From contig CAVYGB010000013.1 in NCBI GenBank assembly GCA_963767925.1, forward strand, positions 209,830 to 273,829: a DNA stretch of 64,000 nucleotides, read 5' to 3'. The notes below the pieces were generated by a model. The model worked only from the letters and a program-made list of their open reading frames with translations, was not told the DNA's origin and searched no databases. Each line of letters opens with the position of its first letter. Position 1 is the first letter of the stretch. Of this stretch, positions 26,386 to 35,717 are shown piece by piece. The stretch is from an uncultured delta proteobacterium. GTDB taxonomy: Bacteria; Myxococcota_A; Polyangia; Fen-1088. Made by a program: the position numbers and the translations under genes.

Positions 26386-27552
26386 ATGAGCCAGGCAGCG
26401 AAGAGACAGCCGAGAGGAGCGACAGAGGCCGAGCCAGCGCGACCCGCGCGGGCGGTCCGCAAGCTCGCCCCGCCGATCGCCATCGAGCGCAGCGGATCGC
26501 CCCGACCCCGGCCGGCCGCCGAGGGACTGCGCTTCGGACAGGTCTTCACCGACCACATGTTCCGGATCGACCACGCCGCCGGGCGCGGCTGGCAGCAGGC
26601 GCGCATCGTGCCCTTCGGGGACCTCTCGCTCAGCCCCGCCGCCTCCGGCCTGCACTACGGTCAGGCGATGTTCGAGGGGCTCAAGGCGGTGCGGGGGGCC
26701 GACGGCGCCGTCCGGATCTTCCGGCTCGACCGGCACTGCCGCCGGCTGGCGAGCGGGGCCGAGCGGCTCTGCATGCAGGCGCCCCCGCCCGGGTGGATAC
26801 GTGAGGCGGTGCTCGCGCTCTGCGACCTGGAGCGGGACTGGGTGCCGGCGGCGCCGGGCACCGCCCTCTACCTGCGGCCGACCCTGCTGGGGACCGAGCC
26901 CTTCCTGGGCGTGCGGCCGGCCAGCGAATACCTGTTTTTCATCATCGCCTCGCCGATGGCGGCCTACTTCGGGGCGGGCGGGGCGCCGCTGCGGCTGGCC
27001 GTGGAAGAGCACCTGGTGCGGGCGGCCCCCGGCGGGCTGGGGGCGGTGAAGGCAGCGGCCAACTACGCCGCCAGCCTGCGCGCGGCGGAGGACGCCCGGG
27101 CCCGCGGCTACGACCAGGTCCTCTGGACCGACGCCGAGAGCCACAGCGCGATCGAGGAGGCGGGCACCATGAACGTGTTCGTTCACCTCGACGGCGAGGT
27201 GGTGACGCCGGCCCTCGACGGCACCATCCTGGCCGGCGTGACCCGCGATTCGGTCATCGCCCTGCTGCGCGCCTGGGGCGTCCCGGTCCGGCAAGGGCGG
27301 ATCACGATGCCGGAGATCCTCGAGGCCCGCCGCACCGGCCGGCTGCGCGAGATGTGGGGCTGTGGCACCGGCGTGGGCATCGCCGCCATCGGCGAGCTCG
27401 GCTGGGGCGATGAGCGGATCGTCGTGGGGGACGGGGGCGAGGGGCCGCTGGCTCGCCGCCTGGGATCGACCCTGCTCGACATCCAGACCGGCGTCGCCCC
27501 CGATCCCGACGGCTGGATGACGGTGGTGCCCGCGGTCCTCAGCGCGTCTTGA
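26386..27552 (+). CDS. ilvE: Branched-chain amino acid aminotransferase
   Basis: FGQVFTDHM, LHYGQAMFEGLKA, LYLRP, KAAANYAASL, EEAGTMN, ILAGVTRDS. Confidence 0.95.
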   Translation: MSQAAKRQPRGATEAEPARPARAVRKLAPPIAIERSGSPRPRPAAEGLRFGQVFTDHMFRIDHAAGRGWQQARIVPFGDLSLSPAASGLHYGQAMFEGLKAVRGADGAVRIFRLDRHCRRLASGAERLCMQAPPPGWIREAVLALCDLERDWVPAAPGTALYLRPTLLGTEPFLGVRPASEYLFFIIASPMAAYFGAGGAPLRLAVEEHLVRAAPGGLGAVKAAANYAASLRAAEDARARGYDQVLWTDAESHSAIEEAGTMNVFVHLDGEVVTPALDGTILAGVTRDSVIALLRAWGVPVRQGRITMPEILEARRTGRLREMWGCGTGVGIAAIGELGWGDERIVVGDGGEGPLARRLGSTLLDIQTGVAPDPDGWMTVVPAVLSAS

Positions 27553-28525
27553 AGATGCGAAACAGCAGATACAGGCTCGGCGCCAGGATGGGCAGGCCGC
27601 CCAGCAGGGCGTAGACCAGCACGCGCAACGTGCGCGGGTCGGCGGCGGCGCCCTGGATCGTGAGGTCGTCCACCAGCAGGTAGGGGTACTGGGCCGCCGC
27701 CCACCCGATCACGATCAGGGCCACCTGCACCGCCGCCAGCCCGCGGGCCACGGTGAAGCGGCGGCGCAGGAGGGCCAGCACCGCGCCGGCTGCGGCGAGG
27801 GTGGCGGTGATCTCGATGAGCCAGGCCCAGGGTCGCCCGGTGAGCCGGCGGGCGATGTGGGGCGCGCCGTCGAAGGCGATGAGCAGCGCGACCCCGGCGA
27901 GGACCGCCACCGCCGCGGCGGCGCCGAGCGCCCGCCGGCGGAAGTCCTCGACCAGCTCGGGGGTGCCGGCCTCGAGCGTCAGGTAGGTGGCGGCCAGGTA
28001 GGCGCAGAGGGCCAGGGCCAGCAGGCCGGTGATCACGGGGAAGGGGGCCAGCCAGGCGCCTGCTCCACTCTGCACCGAGCGGCCGCTCACCTCGATGCGG
28101 CCCGAGGCGACAGCGCCGACCACCATGCCGAGCAGCACCGGCGAGACCAGGCTGGCGATGGAGAAGGCCAGGCCGTAGCGGCGCCGCCCCGCGACCGCAT
28201 CGAAGCTGCGGAAGGCGAAGCTCGACCCGCGGAAGACGACCCCCAGCAGGAACAGGGTCAAGGGCACGTGCAGGGCGATCGACAGGGCGGCGAAGACCGA
28301 GGGGAAGGCGGAAAAGACGATCACCACCACGAGGATCAGCCAGACGTGGTTGGCCTCCCAGATCGGGCCGATGGCGTGTTCGATTGTCGCGCGTTGCCCG
28401 GCCTTGCGCGGTCCCGAGGCCAGCAGGTCCCAGACGCCCCCGCCGAAGTCGGCCCCGCCGAACAGGAAGTAGAGGACCAGGGCGGCCACCACGGCGCCCG
28501 CCAGCAGCAGCTCAGGCGCCGGCAT
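27539..28525 (-). CDS. cydB: Cytochrome bd ubiquinol oxidase subunit II
   Basis: GGADFGGG, IGPIWEANHVWL, FRGSSFAFR; overlaps the cydA end. Confidence 0.92.
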   Translation of the reverse strand: MPAPELLLAGAVVAALVLYFLFGGADFGGGVWDLLASGPRKAGQRATIEHAIGPIWEANHVWLILVVVIVFSAFPSVFAALSIALHVPLTLFLLGVVFRGSSFAFRSFDAVAGRRRYGLAFSIASLVSPVLLGMVVGAVASGRIEVSGRSVQSGAGAWLAPFPVITGLLALALCAYLAATYLTLEAGTPELVEDFRRRALGAAAAVAVLAGVALLIAFDGAPHIARRLTGRPWAWLIEITATLAAAGAVLALLRRRFTVARGLAAVQVALIVIGWAAAQYPYLLVDDLTIQGAAADPRTLRVLVYALLGGLPILAPSLYLLFRIFKTR

Positions 28526-29813
28526 GGGTGTCCTCCGGCCCGGCCTCGGGGCCGCGCACCTGGCGGTACAGCAGGTAGGCCACGACTCCGCCCAGCAGCA
28601 GGTAGACCGCGGTGAAGGTGAAGAAGGGTGGGCCCAGCGGGCGAAACGGGGTGAGGGCCTCGGCGGTGCGGAGAAAGCCCCGCACCACCCAGGGCTGGCG
28701 CCCCCACTCGGTGACGAGCCAGCCCGCCTCCATGGCCAGCAGTCCGAGCGGGCTGGCCAGCACGATGGCCCACAGGACGGGCCGGCCGGTGGGCAAGGTC
28801 CGGCGGCGGATCGTGAGCGCGACGATGAGCAGGGCGAGGGCGGCCATCGCCACCCCCGAGCCGACCATGACCTGGAAGGCCAGGTGGGTCTGGGCGACGG
28901 GCGGCCACTCGTCGCGGGGGAACGCGTCGAGCCCGCGCACCACCGCATCGAAGTCGCCGAACGACAGGAAAGAGAGGCCGCCCGGGATCTCGATCGCCCA
29001 GGAGGTGGTGCCGGTCGCCTCGTCGGGCCAGCCGCCGATGCGCAGGGGGGCCCGGGGCTCGGTGCGGAAGTGGCCCTCGAGGGCGGCCAGCTTCACCGGC
29101 TGGTGCTCGGCCACGTGTTTCGTCGAGAGGTCGCCGATGATCGGCTGCAGGAACGCGGTCAGGCAGGCCACCGGCAGGGCGATGCCGAGCGCCTTGCGGT
29201 GAAACGTGCTTCCGGGGTGGCGCAACAACATGGCCCCGTGGATGCCCGCCATGGCGAAGGCGGTGGCCTGGTAACAGGAGACGAGGACGTGCGCGGTCTG
29301 GGTGGCCCAGGAGGGGCTCCACAGGGCGGCCAGCGGATCGGTCGGCAGGTGAGGACCCGGGTTGTTCATGAAGGCGTTGACCAGGGTGACGAAGAAGGCG
29401 GAGAGGGCGCCGCTGACCGCGACGGCGATGCCCGAGAGCAGGTGCAAGCGGGGCGAGACCCGATCCCGCCCGTAGAGGTAGATGCCGAGGAAGATGGCCT
29501 CGGTGAAGAAGGCGAAGCCCTCGAGGGCAAACGGCAGGCCGATGAGCGGCCCGAAGCGCTCCATGAAGCCGGGCCAGAGCAGCCCCAGCTCGAACGAGAG
29601 CACGGTCCCCGAAACTGCGCCGACCGCGAAGAGGATGCCGGTCCCCTTGGCCAGGCGGCGGCTGATGGTGAGATATTCGGGGTCGCCGGTGCGCAGGTGG
29701 CGCACGTCGGCGATGACCAGCAGCAGCGGCAGGGCCACCCCGACGGCGGCGAACACGATGTGGAACGCCAGCGACAACCCCATCTGGGCCCGGGCATAGA
29801 GGAGCGCGTCCAC
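28512..29813 (-). CDS. cydA: Cytochrome bd ubiquinol oxidase subunit I
   Basis: AFHIVF, GAVSGTVLSFE, EGFAFFTEA, QPVKLAALEG, EAGWLVTEWGRQPW. Confidence 0.95.
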   Translation of the reverse strand: MDALLYARAQMGLSLAFHIVFAAVGVALPLLLVIADVRHLRTGDPEYLTISRRLAKGTGILFAVGAVSGTVLSFELGLLWPGFMERFGPLIGLPFALEGFAFFTEAIFLGIYLYGRDRVSPRLHLLSGIAVAVSGALSAFFVTLVNAFMNNPGPHLPTDPLAALWSPSWATQTAHVLVSCYQATAFAMAGIHGAMLLRHPGSTFHRKALGIALPVACLTAFLQPIIGDLSTKHVAEHQPVKLAALEGHFRTEPRAPLRIGGWPDEATGTTSWAIEIPGGLSFLSFGDFDAVVRGLDAFPRDEWPPVAQTHLAFQVMVGSGVAMAALALLIVALTIRRRTLPTGRPVLWAIVLASPLGLLAMEAGWLVTEWGRQPWVVRGFLRTAEALTPFRPLGPPFFTFTAVYLLLGGVVAYLLYRQVRGPEAGPEDTHAGA

Positions 29814-29913
29814 ACAGCCTTCTTACGCTGGCCACCGCCGGGCGCAAGTCGAACGGGGGCAGGCGCCGGCCGGGCCGGGACCTTGCCGGTCGGGCGTGGC
29901 AGACTGCAGGGAC

Positions 29914-30486
29914 ATGACGCCGATCCTGCTCTCGCTGCTGGCGACCCTGGCGGCACCGGTGCCGCGGGGCGAGGACGCCCACGCCCAGGCCCTGCTGGGT
30001 CAGCCGGCGCCGCCCCTGCCGGCGCTGACCTGGCTGGACGGCAAGCGGCGATCGTTGCGATCGCTGGCCGGGCAGGTTGTCGTGATCCGCAACTTCACCC
30101 GCGGCTGCCCCTACTGCGAGGGCTCGCTGCCCGCGCTCGAGCAGATCCACCAGGACTGGAAGGGCAAGGGGGTGGTGGTGCTCGGCGTCTACCATCCCAA
30201 GCCGCCGCGTCCGGCGGCGTCCGACGAGGCGGCGGCGGCGGCCCGGGCGCTCGGCGCCACCTTCCCGGTGGCGGTCGACCCGGACTGGGCGCTGGTGAAC
30301 CGCTGGTGGCTCGAGCGCACCGCCGGCACCTGGACCTCCATCACCTGGGTGCTCGACAAGCGCGGCCGCATCCGCTTCGTCCACCCCGGCGGCGAATACC
30401 ACCCCGGCGGCGGCCCCGAACACGCCCGCTGCAACCGCGACGAGGCCGACCTGCGCAAGACCATCGCCACCCTCGCCGCGGAGTAG
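29914..30486 (+). CDS. TlpA/redoxin family thioredoxin-fold protein
   Basis: Signal peptide; CPYC; FPVAVD; LDKRGRIRFVHPG. Confidence 0.85.
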   Translation: MTPILLSLLATLAAPVPRGEDAHAQALLGQPAPPLPALTWLDGKRRSLRSLAGQVVVIRNFTRGCPYCEGSLPALEQIHQDWKGKGVVVLGVYHPKPPRPAASDEAAAAARALGATFPVAVDPDWALVNRWWLERTAGTWTSITWVLDKRGRIRFVHPGGEYHPGGGPEHARCNRDEADLRKTIATLAAE

Positions 30487-30509
30487 GCCCCCGCGGCCGG
30501 GCCTCTCGT

Positions 30510-31250
30510 CTAGCGTGCGACGAAGGCGCGCAGGCCGTCGAGCACGGAGTCGGGGATCTCGTGGCCGCCGGCGAAGGGGGCCCAGGTGACGGCGAAGGCG
30601 TGTTCCTCGAGCAGGCTCTTGAGCCGCTCGCTGCCGGCGAAGGGGAGGACGTAGTCCTGGCGGCCGTGGCTGAGGAAGACGGCGGGCTTGTTCGGGCTGG
30701 CCGCCATCCGCTGGCGCCAGAGGTCCTGGGCGAGCAGGTTGCCCGACAGCACCGCCACCCGATCCACGGGGGGATCGGCGGCCAGCGCCACGTCCATCGC
30801 CAGCATGCCCCCCTGGGAGAACCCGGCCAGGACCAGCACCTGCGGCTTGAAGCGCGTGCGCACCTCGCGCAGCAGCGCTTGCACGCCGGCCCGCGCGGCG
30901 GCCAGCCCCTCGGGGACCTCGGCGGCGATGGGATCCGGTTGCCCGCGCTCGATGGCCTGCTGCCGCCGCTCGAGATCGAGGGGCCACCAGGCGCGTCCGC
31001 CGGCCGGGTGGGGCAAGGGCGCGGCGGGCACCACGTACCGCGTGTCGGGGCCGGCCAGGTGCTGGGCCAGGGGGACCAGGTCGTCGCCCGGGGCGCCCCA
31101 CCCGTGCAGCAGCACCACCAGGCGGGCGCTGGGCTGGTCCGCGGTTCCTCCGATGATCTTCACGTCGAGGCCTCCAGTCGGGTTGCGGGCACCGCTCCCC
31201 GTGCGGCAGGCCGCCAGCAACAGGAACAGCGTGACCAAGCAGGTTCGCAT
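30510..31250 (-). CDS. Phospholipase/carboxylesterase
   Basis: LLHGWG, GFSQG, HGRQD, GGHEI. Confidence 0.9.
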   Translation of the reverse strand: MRTCLVTLFLLLAACRTGSGARNPTGGLDVKIIGGTADQPSARLVVLLHGWGAPGDDLVPLAQHLAGPDTRYVVPAAPLPHPAGGRAWWPLDLERRQQAIERGQPDPIAAEVPEGLAAARAGVQALLREVRTRFKPQVLVLAGFSQGGMLAMDVALAADPPVDRVAVLSGNLLAQDLWRQRMAASPNKPAVFLSHGRQDYVLPFAGSERLKSLLEEHAFAVTWAPFAGGHEIPDSVLDGLRAFVAR

Positions 31251-31351
31251 CGCCGGCCGAGTTTAACCCAGCAGGCGGGCCCGGGCGCGCCGCGCGCGGG
31301 TGTCGAGAGCGCGGACTGGGCCGAGATCTCCGCTGTAAAATTATCCGTTCG

Positions 31352-31393
31352 CCCTCGCCCCGCGAAGCGGGGGAGAGGGAGGGGTGAGGGGGC
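31352..31393. repeat. REP-like palindrome (CCCTC.CCCC...GGGAGAGGG..GGTGAGGGG), copy 1
   Basis: Imperfect hairpin with GAA loop plus GGTGAGGGG tail; related copy at 58496-58555. Confidence 0.65.
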
Positions 31394-31414
31394 TCCGGCC
31401 AGCCGCTCGGGGCT

Positions 31415-32482
31415 CTAGCTGGGCTGCCCGGCCTGATCGTCGAAGCGGCGGCGCAGCTCGCGCCAGCGGGCCAGCGGCAGGCCGTAGCTGCGCTCCATCT
31501 CGTCGCGGGCGTGCACGGCGTCCAGCTTGCGCCGGGGCGAGGCCATCTCGGCCAGCACGCCGTCGACCCGGGCGAGCGCCCCCTCGACCTCGGCCCGGGG
31601 CGCGTCCAGGCACTCGGTCCGCAGGGCGGCCAGGCGGCGCAGGCGCCCCTGCAGGGCCACCACCAGCTCGGCCAGCGGGCTGGCCGCCGGGTCGTCGATG
31701 AAGAAGGCGAGCTGCTCGGTCTCGGCCAGCGGCTGCAGGTGTTGGCGGATCCCGGCCCGGGCATAGGCCAGCTCCCACTCCGGCAGCGAGCCCAGCTCCA
31801 TCTCGATCTGGTGGCGCCGGCGGGCGACCGCCGCCACCTCGGCGGCCCGGGCCTGCAGCGAGCCGCGGGCCAGGAACAGCCGATCGAAGGAGGCCTTCTC
31901 GAAGACGTAACGCCGGTAGAGCTGCCGGAAGCGGCGGACCCCCAGGGCCTCGCCGTGGCGGGAGAGGAGCTCGCGGGCCTGCCGCCGGTGGCGGTGGTAG
32001 CGGCGCTGCCAGAAGCGGCCTTCGTATTCGGAGGTGTCGAAGCGGGCCGCGATCAGCTTGAAGAACAGCGGCTCGGCCTCCAGGGCGTCGAGCGTCTGAC
32101 CCAGCCGGTCGAGCCGTTCCTCGAGGTCCTTGCGCTTCTGGTCCAGAGCGGCGCAGACCCGGGCCGCCTCGATCAGCAGCGGGTCGCGATCGATCTCGGC
32201 CAGCGCCGCCACCAGCTCCGCCTGGCGGGCCTGGCTCCGGCGCGCCAGGGCGCCTGGCTCCATCTCGACGAGCCCCAGCCGGGTAGCCAGCCGCTCCATC
32301 GCTGGTCCCTCCAGCGTGGGCAAGGACACCTGGAGCAGCTCGGCCCAGGCGGCCGCCAGCTCTTGCTCGAGGTGGGCCCGGGTGTCGCGGTGGCGGGCCT
32401 GGGCGGCGCCGAACGCCGCCAGCTCGTCGATCCCCATGCGGCGCTGCTCGGCGGCGAAGTCGCGCAGCTCCCGTCCGCTCAT
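31415..32482 (-). CDS. Hypothetical coiled-coil protein
   Basis: Long helical E/R/L/A-rich ORF with coding-like codon use; start chosen at MSGRELRDF. Confidence 0.7.
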   Translation of the reverse strand: MSGRELRDFAAEQRRMGIDELAAFGAAQARHRDTRAHLEQELAAAWAELLQVSLPTLEGPAMERLATRLGLVEMEPGALARRSQARQAELVAALAEIDRDPLLIEAARVCAALDQKRKDLEERLDRLGQTLDALEAEPLFFKLIAARFDTSEYEGRFWQRRYHRHRRQARELLSRHGEALGVRRFRQLYRRYVFEKASFDRLFLARGSLQARAAEVAAVARRRHQIEMELGSLPEWELAYARAGIRQHLQPLAETEQLAFFIDDPAASPLAELVVALQGRLRRLAALRTECLDAPRAEVEGALARVDGVLAEMASPRRKLDAVHARDEMERSYGLPLARWRELRRRFDDQAGQPS

Positions 32483-32684
32483 CCGCCCGGCCGCCCCCAT
32501 CCGGATCGGCTCGGCCCGGCGACCGATCGGCCCCGCGCCCCCCTCCAGGCCGTGGTTCTTGGCGCCCTCTATCTCCATCACGGGCGATGGTGGCACGCCC
32601 GCTCCCACCCCGCAAAAAACCCACCCTTTCCGGCCGCGCCCGCCGCCGGCGGGCCGAGGGAGGCGACGACCCCCCTGCTGCACG

Positions 32685-34321
32685 TCATCGAGTCGCTGAA
32701 GCGACCAGCGCCCGCGCCTCCTGGATGATGCGCTCCAGGTGCTCGGGGCCGCGGAAGCTCTCGGCGTAGATCTTGTAGATGTTCTCGGTGCCCGAGGGCC
32801 GGGCGGCGAACCAGCCGTTGTCGGCCGTGACCTTGAGGCCGCCGATGGACGCTCCGTTGCCGGGGGCCCGGGTCAGCACCTCGCGGATCGGCTCGCCGGC
32901 CAGGGTCTTGCTGGTCACGTCGGCGGGGGAGAGCGCGCCCAGGCGGGCCTTCTCTTGCGGGGTGGCCGGCTGGTCCAGCCGGGCGTAGAGGGGCTCGCCG
33001 GCGGTGGCGACGATCTCCCGGTAGTGCTCGCCGGGATCTTTGCCGGTGCGGGCGGTGATCTCGGCCGCCAGCAGGGCCAGCAAGATGCCGTCCTTGTCGG
33101 TGGTCCAGACGCGGCCGTCCTGGCGGAGGAAGCTCGCGCCCGCGCTCTCCTCGCCGCCGAAGCCGAGGCTGCCGTCGGCCAGCCCGGGCACGAACCACTT
33201 GAACCCGACCGGCACCTCGACAAGCTTGCGCGAGAGGGTGGCGGCCACCCGGTCGATCAGCGCGCTCGAGACGAGGGTCTTGCCCACGGCGGCGCCGGCC
33301 GGCCAGCCGGGCCGATTGCCGAACAGGTAGCGGATGGCGACCGCCAGGTAGTGGTTGGGATTCAGCAGGCCCTCCGAGGGGACCACGATGCCGTGGCGGT
33401 CGGCGTCGGCGTCGTTGCCGAAGGCGACCTGGTACTGGCTGCGCAGGTCGACCAGCTTGGCCATGGCGTAGGGGCTGGAGCAGTCCATCCGGATCTTGCC
33501 GTCGTGATCCAGGGTCATGAAGGCGAAGCGCGGGTCGACGGTGCGGTTGGTGATGGTGAGGTCGAGGCGGTAGCGGGCGGCGATGGCCTCGTAGTAGGGC
33601 AGGGCGGCGCCGCCGAGCGGATCGCCGCGCAGCGTACGCCCGCCGACCGGATGGCCTCCAGGTCGAGCACCTGCGCCAGGTCCTCGACGTAGGGGGCGAC
33701 GAGGTCGCGCGCGTGGGTGGTGTCGGCGGCCTGGGCCTGGGCGGGGGTCACCCGCCGCACCTCGCGGTTGCGCTCGCGCAGCAGGGCGTTGGCCCGATCC
33801 TGGATCCAGCCGGTGACGGCGGTGTCGGCCGGCCCGCCGCTGGGCGGGTTGTACTTGAAGCCGCCGTCTTCGGGCGGGTTGTGCGAGGGGGTGACGACGA
33901 TGCCGTCGGCGAGCCCGCTGGTGCGCCCCCGGTTGTGGGTCAAGATGGCGTGCGAGATCGAGGGCGTGGGGGTGAACCCGCCGCCGGCTTGCACGACGGT
34001 TGTCACGCCGTTGGCCGCCAGCACCTCCAGCGCCGTCACCTCGGCCGGTCCCGACAGCGCGTGGGTGTCCTTGCCCAGATAGAGCGGCCCGTCGATGCCC
34101 TCCTTCTTGCGGTAGTCAACCAGAGCCTGGGTCACCGCCAGGATGTGGGCCTCGTTGAACGACCCGCGCAGCGACGATCCCCGGTGTCCGCTGGTCCCGA
34201 AGCTGACCCGCTGCTCGGGGTCCGCCGGATCCGGCGCCCGCCCGAAGTAGTCCCGGATCAAGCGGTCGACGTCGACCAGCACCTCGGAGGGGGCCGGTTT
34301 CCCGGCGAGCGCATGCGCCAT
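32685..34321 (-). pseudogene. pgm: Phosphoglucomutase, frameshifted near 33625
   Basis: FGTSGHRG and TPSHNPP in one frame; DPLGGAA...[20 protein letters not shown] in another; one base missing. Confidence 0.9.
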
Positions 34322-34491
34322 CCCCGCAAGCTAGATCGTTCCCCCCGCCCCGTCACGCCGCCCGCACTTTGATTCCCGAAGTCAGGCGCCCACCGACCTC
34401 GCCAGGACCCCTGATCCGCCGTCGCGGAACTGGCCGCCCTGGAACCACCCGTGACCTCCGGCCCGCGCGTTCGAACCGGGCCCGGCCGTAA

Positions 34492-34519
34492 CCAGGGGCC
34501 TCCCGAAAGAGGCCCCTGG
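34492..34519 (-). terminator. Hairpin terminator downstream of the DUF1080 gene
   Basis: 11-bp perfect stem CCAGGGGCCTC/GAGGCCCCTGG with 6-nt loop; weak U-tract. Confidence 0.55.
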
Positions 34520-34536
34520 GCGGCGCGGTCGAGCCG

Positions 34537-35481
34537 CTACTTGGTGGTGAGCAGCTCCATCTCGGGCGGGTTCTCTTCGATGAAGACGTTCCGCCAGAGG
34601 ATCCGGTGACCGGTGTTGTGGGCCTGGAAGGCGATCGGGCCGCCCTTGACCGGCTTGCCGTCGTCGAACTTCTTGGTCTCGGTGGCCTTGCAGGTCTTGT
34701 TGGTCTCGCCCAGTAGGCAGCAGGCCGTCCGGAAGGTGCCGGCGGTGCCGTTGCCGAGGATCTCACACTGGCCCCACTGGCCGTCGGGGACGTTGGCGCC
34801 ACGGCCGGTCTCCTTGGGAGGACCGAGATTGCCACCGTTGGGCGCATTCGGGCGGTAATCCCAGAGGTCGCCACCGGGCGGCTGGAACTGGACGCCGCCG
34901 CAGGTGCCGCTGTTGGGGGACTGGCAGAACACGATGATGTTCGCCTTGTGACCGCCGCCGAGCAGCTTGTAGTCGAACACGAGGCGGAAGTTCTCGTACG
35001 AGCCAGCGCTCACCAGCACGCCCCGGCTCGCGCCGGTGCTGAGGATGGAGCCGTCCTGGACCGCGTAGACCTCGCTCACGGCCTTCCAGCCGTTGAGGGT
35101 CTTGCCGTCGAAGATGGACTTGCAGTTGGGGCACAGCGGGTGGGCGCCGGGGAAGGTGGTGGAGGCGTTGCCGCCGTCGGCGGCGCCACCGTCGGGCCGG
35201 CGCGCATCGCCGCCGGCGCGGTCGGCCGCGCGATCGGCGCCACGGGCGTCGGGCGTGCGGCCACCTGCGCCACCTGCGCCGCCGGTGCCGGCCGAGCCGC
35301 CGGTGCCGGCCGAGCCGCCGGTGCCGCCCGTTCCCGCCGAGCCGCCGGTGCCGCCCGAGCCGCCACGGCCACCCGAGCCAGCGGAGCCGCCGGTGCCACC
35401 TGTGCCGCCGCCGGGAGAATCTTCGCCGCAGGCTCCCAGGAGGAGGCCGCAGGCCAGCATCGAATAAACCAGTTTTCGCAT
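34537..35481 (-). CDS. DUF1080 (3-keto-disaccharide hydrolase-like) lipoprotein with GGSAGT repeats
   Basis: Lipobox LGAC; SIFDGKTLNGW, YENFRLVFDYK, GPIAFQAH, WRNVFI. Confidence 0.85.
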   Translation of the reverse strand: MRKLVYSMLACGLLLGACGEDSPGGGTGGTGGSAGSGGRGGSGGTGGSAGTGGTGGSAGTGGSAGTGGAGGAGGRTPDARGADRAADRAGGDARRPDGGAADGGNASTTFPGAHPLCPNCKSIFDGKTLNGWKAVSEVYAVQDGSILSTGASRGVLVSAGSYENFRLVFDYKLLGGGHKANIIVFCQSPNSGTCGGVQFQPPGGDLWDYRPNAPNGGNLGPPKETGRGANVPDGQWGQCEILGNGTAGTFRTACCLLGETNKTCKATETKKFDDGKPVKGGPIAFQAHNTGHRILWRNVFIEENPPEMELLTTK

Positions 35482-35717
35482 GTCGAATGAGTGGTGTGGG
35501 CGACCCAGCGGCAGCCAAAAATCCAGTGTTTCGGCTGGAGAATGCGCAGTCTATTCCTTAGTTTAACGACAGGTTGTAGCCAATCGCCCCGGCCGCGTTT
35601 CGCCGCAGGCCAGCGGCCAGGGCCCGACTCGATGTCGCGCGCACGCGATCCGGATCGCGGCTGTTCTTCTCTGGCGTCGTGCGTTTGCCGGATGCCCTGC
35701 CGCCCGGGGGAGAAGGA

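Noticed and set aside
35270..35415. 18-bp imperfect tandem repeats (similar tracts at 6280-6415 and 55360-55455)
   Set aside because: They encode ordinary Gly/Thr/Pro lipoprotein linkers
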